Assembly (NCBI GenBank): GCA_964057225.1
Contig: OZ059895.1
Location: forward strand, 18,972,001-19,036,000
Origin: Auanema rhodensis
Lineage: Eukaryota > Animalia > Nematoda
Reading direction: 5' to 3'
Length of the DNA: 64,000 nt
A model generated the notes under the pieces. It was not told where the DNA came from. It worked only from the letters and a program-made list of their open reading frames with translations, and did not search any database. Positions 15,250 through 29,392 of this stretch are shown one piece after another. The stretch's first letter is position 1. Each line of letters starts with the position of its first letter. The position numbers and the translations under genes are program-made.

Positions 15250-15454
15250 GGGAGAAGAGAGAGAGAGAGAAAGGGAGAGAGGGAGGGGAAAGAGAGAGAG
15301 GGGGGGGAGAGAGAGGGGGACAGAGAGAGAGGGGGGAAAGATAGAGAGAGAGGAAGAAGTGAGGGAGAGAGAGAAAAAAAAGGGTGGACAACGTAAAAGA
15401 AATGAAGTTAACAGGAAGGAGCGTATGTCTCTGTGATGTATAAGAGAAAGAGAA

Positions 15455-15492
<38 letters not shown>

Positions 15493-15493
15493 T

Positions 15494-15538
<45 letters not shown>
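15250..15538. repeat. GA-rich low-complexity tract with (GA)n microsatellite
   Basis: Directly visible; explains the ERER/SLSL ORFs in the track. Confidence 0.9.
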
Positions 15539-15541
<3 letters not shown>

Positions 15542-18500
15542 GGATGGGGTAGAAGAATAAAAAAGGGCGTAGACAAATAAGGTAAATTCCGAAATAGAAT
15601 AAAAATCAAAGAGTGACACATCATCAACATAAAGATATCAATTATCAAAAAATGTGTCAATTAATAATTAGAAATAAAATGAATAATAATTATATCTGTA
15701 TAACACATTAAATCCTATTATACTATTTAGTTAGTCAGTCAAGTTGTCAACACACATAAACACACAAAAAAAAAAGAAAAGAAAATTGTACAATTTCTAT
15801 GATAATGTATAGAATCAGATCAGTCTGGTTCCAGCTACAATGAACAGCAAACATATCAAACAAATTTAATCATATATATATATTATTGTGCTGATGACAT
15901 GAAATACTCAGCCTCTCTCTCAAAAAAAAACTAGGAAACTCATGATATGAAAAAATAAAAATAGTAATAATACCATTTGGTTGATAAAATGAGAACAAAT
16001 GAATGAACATATGAAAAAGGAGTAAAAACCAACCTCAACATAGAGAAATGAAGAGAGACAAAGAGGAACCCATATAGAGGGAGAGTAAGAGAGAGAGAGA
16101 GAGAGAAAGAGAAAGAGAGAGGGAGAGAGAGAATGAGAGAATGAGGAAGTATGGAAATATTTATTATCTTATTAAATGCGTTCATTTCGTACATAGCTAC
16201 TGTTAGTTGTACCGAGAGATAAGGAAAAGTACTACGCGCCGGTACACATAGTTAACTAGTATCAGATTTCAGTTTTCTAACAATCATTTGCAAATCAAAA
16301 TGTTCTTCTTAATACTAAAAAGAAAAAGAAAAAAAAGGTTAGAATAGGTATATGAAAAAGCTTCTGTTATTCCCAGAGAAGTTCTGCAACTTTTGTTTCA
16401 ACTTGAACGTCTAAACATAATATATATAATCGTCTTATATGGGACGATGAAATTTGATTCATAGTTAAATTCACTTTTTTTTAAAGATTTTGGTTGTTCT
16501 TACACATTCTTGATCATAAATCACATCAATTTGATCATGAAAAAATAGATTTTTTATAAAATAGAAAAGTCAAAAGGAATTTTATGGAAAAAGAAAACAT
16601 TATTGTTGGAAGTGGAGAAGAAAACGAGAAAATAATAGAGAAAGGGTACATGACCGGTCATAACGAACATGAAGAAAGGATGATCAAAAGCTAAGTGATA
16701 GGTCTTCGTCTACTATGCGATAGTGTCTGCTCTCTCACATTTTCTCTCAGATGTCTCTGTTTTCATAGCCTTTGTGGGTATGTCGAACAGTTTTTGATGA
16801 AAATATTGGAATCTTTCTTCCCTACACAAATTGAATTTTGTGTTTTTGCGCAAGATGATGAAGTTGTAGATAGGGTGTCGAAATTATTATCATCAGAAAG
16901 CGGCATCTGATACCGGAAGTCGTTAACGCTGACGTAAACTCATGGCGTCGTCCGCTACATTCCAGGTGACCTACCGTGTACTAAACACAAGCAAATGTTT
17001 GAGCTACAAAGATGTATAATGAAGACAAAATAGATAATTTGCGAGGAAAAACTGCAGTTATATACATCGTCTGATGACGGAGCGAATATGAGGGCCAGAA
17101 GTCATCAACAGACGTAATCAACAGATAATACTGGTACATAATGTGAAGACTAAAAAATCAAGTAAAAAAAGCTTTATATCGTGTGTTAAAAGAGAAAATA
17201 TTATGATCATTATAGGAATTAAGAGTATTGGTGCTGTTTGAACTCTAAATTGCAACTTATATACATATTGAAACAAGATGATTGTCACACGGACACACAT
17301 ACAGACATTCTTATACAGACGCCTATACACAACAAGAGACATTGCATCATGTATATGTACATATTAAAGACACGACGGTCATTCACATCAGAATATATCA
17401 CGTGAACTTCAATGAAGATGACAAAAAAGAGAACAAAATTAATCAGAAGATTCAAATATCCCGTGTTTTACAGAAGGTTAAGCATTTATCAGAAAGAACA
17501 TGTGATAAACATATTTACAAAACGCATGATATTGGCAATAATTTTTGAACGTCAGGTAAAAAAATCAAGAAATTAGTTGAAAAATGAAAGATCGATGAAA
17601 AGTTTGTAGATGGTACGATGGGGGGAGGGTGTGGATGGGTGTACAGACAACCGTTGAGATTTGGTGTTCAAAGGGGCTGAAACATTTAGGAAGTTCAACT
17701 CAAAAAAAAGTAGAAAAACGGAGGATGATATATACTGTGTCTTTGATGAAAAAATCGAAGAAGAAGAAAATGATATTGATTGAGACAGATGAATAATTCT
17801 GATCTTCCTTCTCGGTTGGTGTGTCCTTACATATACTACACAGTATTATATATGTCTTACAATCAGGTTATAATAATTTAAACATTCTAATATGAGTGAC
17901 AATTCCAACATAAATAATATGAAAACGTCATGCTTTTTAAACTTGGCTGTCCAGTTAAATAAGAATGATGACGTTAGATACTAGCTGAAATCGAACGCTG
18001 AACTAACCCAATGGAGAGGAGACGATGATAATCAGCCAGGACGTCATCGGTCTTTAACGAACATCTTATGATATACAAAGCTTCTCTTTGTTATGGTAAA
18101 TGAACTTTAACTATGGCGTGTATACGAATTGAAAGGAAAAGGATGATTAGGCTTACAAATGAATCATTAAACGAACCAATAAGAGGACAGTATGCTTCAT
18201 GACATTTGAAAATCATGAAGAATTATTTGATCATGATTCAACTATTAAAGAAATTTTTGAATGACATGAACGGAAATATGGTAGGAATTGAAAAAATTAA
18301 TAATGACGTTGACTGACGACAATGATGGTGACGATGGTTAGGATGACGAATACGTTGATAAGCAAAGACAGCAAGTTAATAGAGATCAAATTGTAGTTTT
18401 TTTCTATAATAACGGTAAGAAATCAGAAGGAAAAGGTGTGAACAAGTGGTGGTTGTCCATACGACAACTGATTCGCTGAATGAGATACGATAGGTTTATG

Positions 18501-18969
18501 AGAACGTCGTTAAGAAATTGATAAAATTCGAATAATTTAGCATCTGCTATCTATACGATATTTTCAGGATAAATGAATAGTTCGGGAAGACGATTGAATG
18601 ATGTAGATAGAACTATAAACTATAATACAGGAGAGAGGAAGGTAATAAGAGATGTCGAAGTAAAAAGTCTCGAAATAATTTAATAAATTTTCATTTGTTT
18701 ACAATAGCAGATAGAATAAAAAGACTTATGATCCTTACAATTCATCAAACGGAAATTGTTTTGGATGTTGATGATGATAGCCTGAATAAGTGTTTGTGTT
18801 TCGGTAATGTTCAAAAGGCAATTATTCCAAAAGAACAAAGAAAGAAAAGAAAAGATATAGGAAAAACAGAATAAGCAGTTACTAAGAAACTTTAAGAGAG
18901 CTCTGGGAAGTAAATCATCAGAGAGAGTAGAGAAAAAAAGAGTGAGCACAAAAGATACAGTAGGAAAAA

Positions 18970-19058
18970 GAAAGAGAGACAGAGAGAGAGAGAGAGGGGG
19001 GGGGAGTGAGAGAAGAAGAGAGAGAAAGAGAAAGAAAAAGAAAGAGGAAGGGAGAGAG

Positions 19059-19090
<32 letters not shown>
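18970..19090. repeat. GA-rich tract with (GA)n microsatellite
   Basis: Directly visible. Confidence 0.9.
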
Positions 19091-19093
<3 letters not shown>

Positions 19094-20734
19094 TGAAAGG
19101 TGAAGAAAGGGAATGGTAGATGTAGCAAGAAAAATTGATGATGACGAATATACTGATAATAATAGTAGAATTGAAATAGGAAACGTTAATGATAGTTATA
19201 CCATGAAAGATTACTGATGACTTAGTTGAAAATTCATTGTATATGGTAGCAAAGATGAAAGAGAGAGAAAAGAACCAGTTAGTCGGTAAAAGATGAAGTC
19301 TCTACTATCGTCTAAGTCGTCGATTTCTTATGCTTTATTTTGAAATAAATACAGTTCATCATGTCTATGACTTTTCAAAAAATAGCCTAGTAGAGAATCA
19401 TCAGCGTTATTGTGAGGAAAAGTGCAGTACTGGGTTTGAAGTAATAACAGGATCATGAAAATTCAACACATCTGTTTTCTTCTATATATTTCTAGTGCAT
19501 TTCAATCGCATATGAAAGTTCAACATTAGTTTTTGGCTATTTTATCTATATGTATCTAGGTGGAAGAAACACATATTGAACTTTAATTACAATGACAGTC
19601 TTCCGGTGCTAGGACAAACGTATGACCACGAGACTTGCTTGCTTTCAATTTGAATTTTAAAAACCATCATATGCAACTTGGAACAAAAATATAATTGCAC
19701 TGATTGATTATAAATGTACTTTTCAATTTTTCAAGCAAGCAACTTTTCTTAAAAACGAATAATCGTAGAAGCAAGTTAGAAGGGGGAAAGGTTGATCCAG
19801 ATCAGCGCTGAACATGAAAAGAAAAAAAAGATAGGAAGCGAAAGATGATTAAGTAGCTGGACAAAAAGACTTGAGAGAACTACCAGTGATCAGAGCGCTA
19901 CTTCACCTAGAAATACAATTAAAAAATGAGAGAGAAAGAACACAGTTCGATCACAAATCGGGAAAACCTGACGATTTTCCTTGCATTTACCGAAAATGTC
20001 TCTGAATTTTCAAAGATGTCTAGTCTGTTTTAGGTTTCGGCATAAACGAACATTGTGTTTATTTGGAAAAAAAACCGTCCTACTAGCCAATGGACATTGA
20101 TCAAAACAAAAAAAAATAATTAATATGTTAAGAGAATGCTACTTAAGAAAAAAACGGGAAAGCGGTGAAATATTTCAAAAGTTGGAAAACCAAGGGTTCA
20201 GCATGTTCAAAGTTTCAAAAATGAAAATGCTCTTCAGGTATTTCAAGGTAGGTGTACGAGATGTTCTCCAACTGAAAAGATAAAAAACAATTAGGAATGT
20301 TCGAAATTTTATTCATTCTAAAGATTCAAATAACATTTTTATGTCAGTTCAATTAAAAAATCTTCAAATCACTAATGAAGAAATGAATTCTTTCCGAAGA
20401 TAAATTTGAAAAGAATCACTTTTTTCTTTATTATTCGCATATTTCTCAAAACCAAGTTAAAGAATATATATTTTAAAAATTATTCTCAGATGTTGTTCTT
20501 GATATATTCCAAAATTCTTAACTTATTACATGATAAAAGACAAATATTTATTCTACAGTATGAAGTACAAAACATGCAAGATTTTATTCAAAGAAAGGTT
20601 AAAACTGATGAAACATTTTTTGAGAGGTTAAATGCAAATTAAAAATATTAAATTAGTACACTCTATAGAAGCTCCATTATCTATTTATATACAAAGAATT
20701 AAATTAGAAACTATAACCCTACCCTATTTAAACT

Positions 20735-21838
20735 TTACAATTCCGTTTTAGACATTATATTGGTCATTTGGTCAGAGCCCTCAGGTACTATAAGAGTTGC
20801 ATACACAGCATATGTATGACAACTTGCACCTAAGATATTTTTAAGATATATTTTTTTGTAAATTTTAGAAAAACATACCTGCTAAAACAAATACATGCCA
20901 TATGGCATGGGCAAAAGGTATGATCCCATCCATTTTAAAAAATATAACACCAGCTAGATATATTATGCCACCATAAAGCATGAGATCTAGTCCAGCTTGA
21001 TCTTTCTAAATAAGTATAAATTTAAGGAATTACAAAACATTAACAACCATATTTAGCACGGCAACTGATGGACCAGCAGCAATCGCTATGTAAATTAAAA
21101 TCTCTAGAGTTTTATATCTAAACACAACACGTTGAGCTGATAATAATTCAAAAATTCACAGTACTTTTCATGAAAATTATACTGATACAAAATTCCTAGA
21201 AAAGCAAACACCCATACAAGAATTCTCATATTCAATCCATAAAAATCATATTCTCTAAAAGAGTGTATGTCAATAATTCAGAAGAGCATTATTAATAACC
21301 TTAAGAATAACCAAGGGGTATAAGAGGCAGCTATGAATAAATATATGGCAGCTCTATCACATATATGTAAATAATAACGAAGCTTAGGTTGTCTATAACG
21401 AAAAATAAACAGAACAAACTCAAAATTTAATGAAAAAAAAACATAATGAATCAAAAAAAACGTACTTCTTATCTTTTCGGTAGCAAAATTCACAGTAGTG
21501 ATAACAGGTAGATGAAGTAAAAAGTAATGTAGTAAAAATTCCATATACAAGCATTAGATAGAATTGGAGATCATATTGTGTAGCTTTTGTCATGAAGTAA
21601 AACACAATTATAGATGGCAAGATTCCAATCTAAAATTTCTTGTATGCTACTTTGCTGAAAGTTAGTATTACCGCATGAGATACAGTATTAGCATAATGTT
21701 CATGGTGAGTTGGTTCATAAGCCTCTCCTTTAGCTGCCCGCTTATTCTTGTAAGTATAAGGGCTAAATATGAAGGGAAGAAGCTATTTGTGAGGGAAATA
21801 TACCAAACTCACTTCACGATTCCGCAACTGCCACTCAT
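20735..21838 (-). CDS. PAQR/haemolysin-III family 7TM protein (MMD/MMD2-like)
   Basis: Family motifs [66 protein letters not shown]. Confidence 0.93.
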
Positions 21839-22574
21839 TTGAAATGAATTTTGGATCCGCGAACCCTTACACTTTAGGGTAAATGCCTAATAATCAGATT
21901 ATTGAATGAACAGAACCTTGACATTTCATGAAAAAATAAGAAAACGAGAAAGAACCCGTTTGAAGACCGAAGTACAAAGGATACATATATATATATGTGT
22001 GTATAAAAATGAAATAATAATTATTATTTTAAAATGAAACAAGACATAAAAAGATACCGGTTAAAGAATACATGAACACTAATAAAATCCTATCAAATCG
22101 TTATACCTCACAAATATAGAACATGAATATAACCTGATAATTTTATATTAAGTATTCCCAATGTTAGAATATCAAACTAGGATCTAGAGATCATATTAAA
22201 CTTATATTAGTAAACTTAATAACTTAGTAGGTTAAGTAAATAAACAAATAAAGTTGGTTAATCCGTGACTTTTCGTGAATTTTACTTCATAAACAGAACA
22301 ATTGAGTTCACGTATCAAAGAATACCTCTGAACAAACTCAAGAAGTTCAGGAACTATATCACTTCTCACAAGAGAAAGATTGCAAATATGGAAATCTATT
22401 GCATTTTATGCCTTTTTTTCAGCTGTATCTCTGTGAAATACTTGAATAAGTCAATAAAAAAATCACAAAGTGGCTCTGTTTATGAATTGAATTTGGGAAC
22501 AGAATCCATTTGTGTTGTTGAATTCAGGAACTTCGTGATTTGTTCAGTTCATTAACTTTTTATTCAACAATAAA

Positions 22575-22577
<3 letters not shown>

Positions 22578-22612
<35 letters not shown>
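22578..22612. repeat. (TA)n microsatellite
   Basis: Directly visible. Confidence 0.9.
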
Positions 22613-22618
<6 letters not shown>

Positions 22619-22817
22619 TTTAGAGTTGAGAAAAAGAATTATCGAACCATATATAGTAGATGGGAGAGACAATGTGATTAATTGAAATGGATTGATTAGT
22701 TGGTTGACAGTTATACAATGATAAAAATGTCATTACGTATTAAACATCAAAAAAAACAATACATAATATGCATTTAGCGTGAAATAAAAATAGGAATTTC
22801 TATTTTTTCTTACAATT

Positions 22818-24275
22818 CTAAAGTTTATTATTTTCATTAAGTGATCGGGCGCTCACGACTTCTGAAAAATAAACGCATGTTTTTAAAAATAAAAATTCTT
22901 ATATATAAAATCGTAGAATACTAACCAACAGGTTCAGAATTGTAACTGCTGGAAATGTCCACATAAGTGACTTTCGGGTTTGGTCGCATCCAACCTAATT
23001 CCAATGCTATAGGTTTCCCAGACACCGATAAAATCTCTTCAGAGTCACTTGATAATCTGTGTGATGAATCTAAAAAGACTGATAAAAGATTCCAAATAAA
23101 AGAATTTGGGCTCACATTGCATTTCATTAACTAATTCTTCATTATCCACAACACGTGGTGTTTTAAGTTCATCAATAAGGCCGTCAGGAAGCACAGTGAT
23201 AATCTTATGAAATCTTAACTCGAAATTTTTTAAGCGGTTGAAACAGAACTGACTTTGTCGGTTTGCATTCTCCAATACTTTGGTTGGAATTATTTGAAGA
23301 TACTGCAGAATAAAACGACACCGTATCGGTAGAATTTTTTTCTGAACCAATTTCGTTGCTGCTTTTTGTTTTGGAGCTCATTGCTGATTCCTTCAAAAAT
23401 GATCTTAATAAATGGAAAAGCCAAACGTTTTCACATACGACTTCAATACCAGCGATAGATTCGTTTGTTTTTTTGCTTTCAATAACTGGAGATGAAGAGT
23501 TAGTAATAGATTTATATTTTGATTGTCTGCTTAATATGGTCTCAACAATCTAAACAATACAAACCCATCCTAAAACAGACATGAAGAATCATACCTTGTT
23601 TACTAAGGCTGAATTGTCTACAGAACTATCCGAAACTTCCACAAAGTCAGGAGATTCTACTACTTTAAATTCATTTATTTCTTCTGATCGTGATGACTTA
23701 GATTCATTATTTTTTCTGTACATTAACCATAAAAGCGCCGTTCCAACTATTAATTAGTATTACCTTGAGCTGTTTTCCGGACTATCGCGGATATTAGTGA
23801 GATCAAGAATAGGTACATTCATGAGTGATTTTACTGTAAGCAAAAACATAAAAAAACATGAAGAAAGAAATTTAAATGAACCTGGTTTTTCTTCATATTC
23901 AGCTAATATTTCATGTATAGATGATTCATTTAGTAAATTTAAACATCCATTTATCTCTTTGTTTTCAAGAAAAGCTTTCACGTTTGACTATTTAATGTTT
24001 ATAACTCATAAATCAATAGGTTTGATAAAAATACCTTTATTTCTTCCCGAACGTTATAAATTTCTTCCACAAACATTGGCATTGCTTTATCTGTACTGTA
24101 ATTCATTCATAAGAAAATGAGGTTACTAACATTATAATGACCTGCTTTCTAGTTGTTTCAACTTTACTTCCATCGGTATATCAATGTTATCTAACAAGAA
24201 TGTTGATCCAGAGCTAACAATTCGCTTTGCAATTAGCTTGCTCAGCTTACAGATATATTGTCTATCGATGTCCAT
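22818..24275 (-). CDS. Unknown Ser/Glu/Asn-rich protein, multi-exon, divergent from top-1
   Basis: Chain of open exons with ~45-55 nt introns (MDIDRQYICKLSKLIAKR..., STDKAMPMFVEEIYNVREEIK, ...LGWMRPNPKVTYVDISSSYNSEP, EVVSARSLNENNKL*). The start and some internal junctions are uncertain. Confidence 0.65.
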
Positions 24276-24759
24276 AAGTAGTTGTTTGTTGTCGTAGTAG
24301 TGTTGCCAGAGTTCGCTTGCGACCAATCAATGTGACAAACAACAAAATCTATATGCAAGAACAACATCATTTTCTTATTCTTACTTTTTATGTCTTTAAA
24401 CTATTCATTTAAATAGGATTATTTGCTTAATAAGATAAATAATCAAAGCATATTATCCACATCCCATTATTACATTAAAATTTTGTTAAAGTTTGTTAAG
24501 TTTGTCAAGTTCCCACAAGCTATCGAAAAGTGTAAAAGAAATGAATGTTGATGTTATTTTTGAAAATTTACAACATTAAGGTAATTAATATTTCGCAATA
24601 AATAGTTTAAAGATATATAAAGATATATATTCAAAAAAATAATGTTGTTTTTGAATATAGATGTTATTGTTTGTAAAAAAAAATTTAACCAGACAGAACA
24701 CAAACAGCGTCCTACTTGAAGTCTGACTTTACTACCAAAGTATTTGTCTTATTTCATGG

Positions 24760-24900
24760 ACGTCGGCTAACCTAATTACCGTATGCTTCTTTGCGACGCG
24801 TGTTTGGCATACGCGCGACGCGAGCGTTCTGCCTGGCCAGCGTTTTTCCAAGTCCAGCCGTTCCCCCGGACTTAGCCGCATTTGCACGCCAGTTTTCTCT
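24760..24900. promoter_or_regulatory. CG-rich island; probable bidirectional promoter of top-1 and the unknown gene
   Basis: Local GC/CpG-rich patch (GCGACGCG twice, ACGCGT) between two divergent genes, flanked by very AT-rich tracts. Confidence 0.5.
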
Positions 24901-25159
24901 ATCTGTAGAATTTTCGTCTGTTGTCGATTTTTTTTCGTTTTTTCTCGAACTTCGGATTTTTATGTGATTTTATATATTTTTTATATTATATTTTTTAATT
25001 TAAATTCTATCAATTTATATTTTGAGCTGGTTTTAGTTATGTTTTTAACATTTTTTTTATTGAACACCATAAATATACCTAGTGTATGCAGGTGGCTTGA
25101 ATCTTGAAAGTTTATAAAAATTATGTTTTAGACTTTGTGTTATTGATTCAGTCAAATAG

Positions 25160-28100
25160 ATGGCTGAGGTCTCTTCTCCTTATTTGTCAGAAAACCATAA
25201 GACTGAATATTCCACCTGCGATAGGTACGTCAGGATTGTCTGAACTTTATTGATGTCAATAACTTTAGTGATTATGGAAGTCAAGATAATGGCATGGGAA
25301 TTGATGAAATAATAAAAACAGAGGTTGGTAAAACTTTGATTTTTCGAGTTTTTAAATGATATTGTTTAGCCAACATCTGCTTACTGCACTCCAAACAAAC
25401 CCAAAGCTCCTTCTAAGGACGTACGACGAGAATAGTGCCTTTTAAACTGATAAACATTTTTTTAAGATTAAGCCTGAGGATTATTCTGACGAAGATGATG
25501 TGCCTCTGAATGAACGTTATCGTAATAATCATTCTGAGAAAAGAAAAAGGAAAGATGACAGTGAAGATGAGTATAAACCTGAGGTATGATCTCTAGAATA
25601 TAACGCTGAATTTTTTAACAATTAAAGAAGAAACCTTCTAAGAAGTCCAAGACACCGAAGATTGAGGCTGAAAGTGATGATGACATCCCTCTTTCTGAGA
25701 GACTTAATAAAAGCAAAGACAAGAAGAAAGATCGCAAGCGCAAGTTAAGTGAGAGCGATGAAGATGAGAAGCCTAAAGTATGTTATGAAATTTGTTTACG
25801 ATTATTTAATTCTGAATTCATAGAAGAAGAAGGATAAAAAAAAAGAAAAAGAAAGGTCTAAAGATAAGAAGGTAAAGGAAGAGGTTGCATCACCAACTAA
25901 GCGTAAGAAGAAAGAGGAGGAGCAAGAGGATATTTGGGAATGGTATCACTTTAAATTAAATATTTGAACGCTATTATTTTTTTCTTATTATTCAGGTGGA
26001 AAGAAGAGAAAAAACCCGACGGTGTTAAGTGGAACACTCTTGTTCATCGCGGCCCTCTTTTTGCTCCAGATTATGAACCTCTGCCTGATCATATTAAGTT
26101 CAAGTATGACGGCCAGGTTTACAAGCTTACGCCCGAAGCGGAAGAAGTAGCTACTTTCTATGCTAGAATGCTGGATCACGAATACACTTCGAAAGAAGCT
26201 TTTAATAAGAACTTTTTCAAAGATTGGCGAAAGGTATATTTGAATTTATCTATTGAACACGGAATGTTTTTTTTTCAGCAAATGTCCTCAAAAGAACGTG
26301 AACACATTGCTGATCTCAAGAAATGCGATTTCCGTCAGATGGAAGCCTATTTCAAAGAACAAACCGAAATCAGAAAGGCAATGACAAAAGAAGAGAAGCT
26401 CAAAATAAAGGTTACTCGTAAATTGATGCACTCAATCTATATGTTGCTATTATAGGAAGAGAAAGAGACTGAATCCAAGTTCTATGGCTTTGCATGGATC
26501 GATGGACACAAACAAAAAGTAGCAAACTTTCGAATTGAACCTCCAGGTATATCGGTGTTTGGAATACCTACAGAATTCAAATATTTTTAGGTTTATTCCG
26601 TGGTAGAGGAGGACATCCTAAAATGGGTATGCTCAAAAGACGTGTAAGACCTGAGGATGTGATTATCAATTGTTCTAAGTAAGTATAATAGTGAAATGCA
26701 TTTGTCAATCTTTCACTGTAGGGGAGATGAAGTTCCTCAGCCACCTAAAGGTCATAAGTGGAAGGAGGTTCGTCATGATAATCAAGTCACATGGTTGTGT
26801 TCATGGACTGAAAATGTTTTGGGTCAGAATAAATATATTATGCTTAATCCCAGCAGTAAAATAAAGGTTTGACTAATTATTTTATAGATAATATGTATTG
26901 AATTGTTATAGGGAGAGAAGGATTACGAGAAGTATGAGACTGCCCGTAGACTGAAAACGAGAATTAAGGATATTCGTGAGGTATTTAATATGTTCAGCCA
27001 TAGCCAAATATTAATAAACATAGAACTATATGGCTGACTGGAAGAGTAAAGAAATGCGCATCAGACAACGCTCCGTTGCATTGTATTTTATTGATAAGGT
27101 AAACCCTCATCACTCATTGTATTCCAATATTCTCTTTAAAGCTTGCACTTCGTGCTGGTAATGAAAAAGATGTGGATGAGGCTGCTGATACTGTCGGTTG
27201 TTGTTCTTTACGTTGTGAACACATCAAGTTACATGAAAAACTTGATAAACAAGAGTATGTTGTTGTTCAGTTTTCATTTAGCTTCCTTTTTTAGTTATGT
27301 TGTTGAGTTCGACTTCCTCGGTAAAGATTCCATCAGATACTATAACAAAGTACCCGTCGAAAAGAAAGTTTTCAAGAATCTTCAACTTTTCATGGAGAAC
27401 AAAGACCCTGCTGACGATCTCTTTGATCGTTTGGATGTATGTTTTTAAGTAATATTTTTATTTCATTCTGTAAAATTTAGACAAGTACCCTCAACGAGCA
27501 CCTTCGATCTCTAATGCCTGGTCTCACAGTAAAAGTTTTCCGTACCTATAACGCTTCTATTACTCTACAGGAACAATTGACCAAACTCACGAACAGTACG
27601 ATTCTGTGATCTTAATGGTTTTTTAATAATGAAATCCGTTACAGAGGCAGATGGTGTTCCTCAAAAAATGCTATCATACAATAGAGCTAATCGTCAAGTC
27701 GCTATTTTATGTAATCACCAGCGTGCAGTGCCTAAAACTCATGAGAAGTCTATGGAAAACCTAGAGAATAAGGTTTTGTAATAAGATCAGTACTCTCTTA
27801 TCATCATATTATCTAGATCAAAGACAAAAAAAGTGAACTCAAGCAAGCCAAAAAGGAGCTTGCTGACGCCAGGGGAAAGGACGTCGAAAAATTAAAGAAG
27901 AGAGTGGAGCGTCTCAAGGAACAATTGAAAAAATTGAAAATCAGTAGAACTGATAAGGTTAGCTTCGAATATATTTTTCTTTTATCTTTCAATATTAGGA
28001 TGAAAATAAACAAATTGCTCTCTCTACCTCCAAGCTGAACTATTTGGATCCCAGAATTTCTATAGCTTGGTGCAAAAAGCACGGCGTTCCAGTTGAGAAG

Positions 28101-28228
28101 GTAACAATTCTTGCAAACATGTTAATATTATCATTAATCCAATTTAGGTCTTCAATAAAACGCAACGAGAAAAATTCCGTTGGGCAATAGACATGACCAT
28201 GACTAGTGATGAAGAGTATATCTTCTAA
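25160..28228 (+). CDS. top-1: DNA topoisomerase I (type IB), about 20 exons
   Basis: [76 protein letters not shown], and SKLNYLDPR with the catalytic Tyr. Confidence 0.98.
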
Positions 28229-29392
28229 GGACTTTTCATTACAGGACTTGCCTGTGATTGTTAACTAGTATCTTTAACTTTTATATCGAAACATAGAAAA
28301 TCAAGTTCAGCAATCTTTCATAGCCTACTACTTTGCTGGTCTTTATTTTGTCATATCCCAAAAAAAGTATAATTCATACATGCTTATTACTTATTGTTTG
28401 CATACCTTTCTATGTCCTTAGTCTTGGGATAACAACTGGTTAGTAGAACGTGGTTCATATTATGTTGCTTTCATTTTTAGTTATCCTATTGTTTAGTTTT
28501 TAATAATTCTGTCGGGGCATTCATTTTCCAGCTATGTGATTACATGTTTTAAGCTGTAAATGTAACGCATCTTCTAGGATGTTGTTTGGAAAATGTATTG
28601 TCTATTCCGACTTAAAGTTCTTTCTATGACTTATTGTAACTCGAATATCGTTTTCTATTTTGCACTAAATTCCCATTTAATAATAGATATGTGCTTTTGT
28701 TCCAAGCATTCTTTCTTTTCTACAATTGTGATTTTTTAAAGATGTGAAACAAGATTAAATCTGTGTTGCAAACTTATTTTATACATCGTAAAAGGAGATG
28801 GTGTGCAGCCAACAACATGGCAGATAAGAGGCGAGCCCGGGAGCTAGAACATTTCACGTGACAGTTTGTTTTCTTGTTTCCCCTTTTGAAATTCTCATAT
28901 TGATCTTTCCATTATTATTCATATAAATGATACATTTTTAAAATTGATAATTTAATATACATAAAATCGATAATTCATTATTATAATCAATATCGATATG
29001 AAATAAATTTAAAAACAAAGTTTTAATCAGTTGATATGCGACGTATTATCGTTCAAATATTGTGAAACCACCCACATATATGCTTACATCAATGATTCAA
29101 TTTCAGTTACGAGAAGTTTATTATTTATTCTAAGCGAAATAAAATTTCTATTTAAAAATCATAGTTCATTATTTCCTTTCTGTTTTTCTTTTTCTCTCTC
29201 TCTCTCATAGCATATGTATGTATAACAGGCTTTTCTATGACGGTTATTGTAGCCATGCAGTCCACAATCAATAGGATATTCGTTGTTTACTTACTTCGTT
29301 ATTGGCTTTTCATACAGAAAATTTTCATATTCTCTATTTTTCTCTTAGTTATTTCAGGTTATATGTGATAACTTTGTTGTTTTTTTCCTGAG

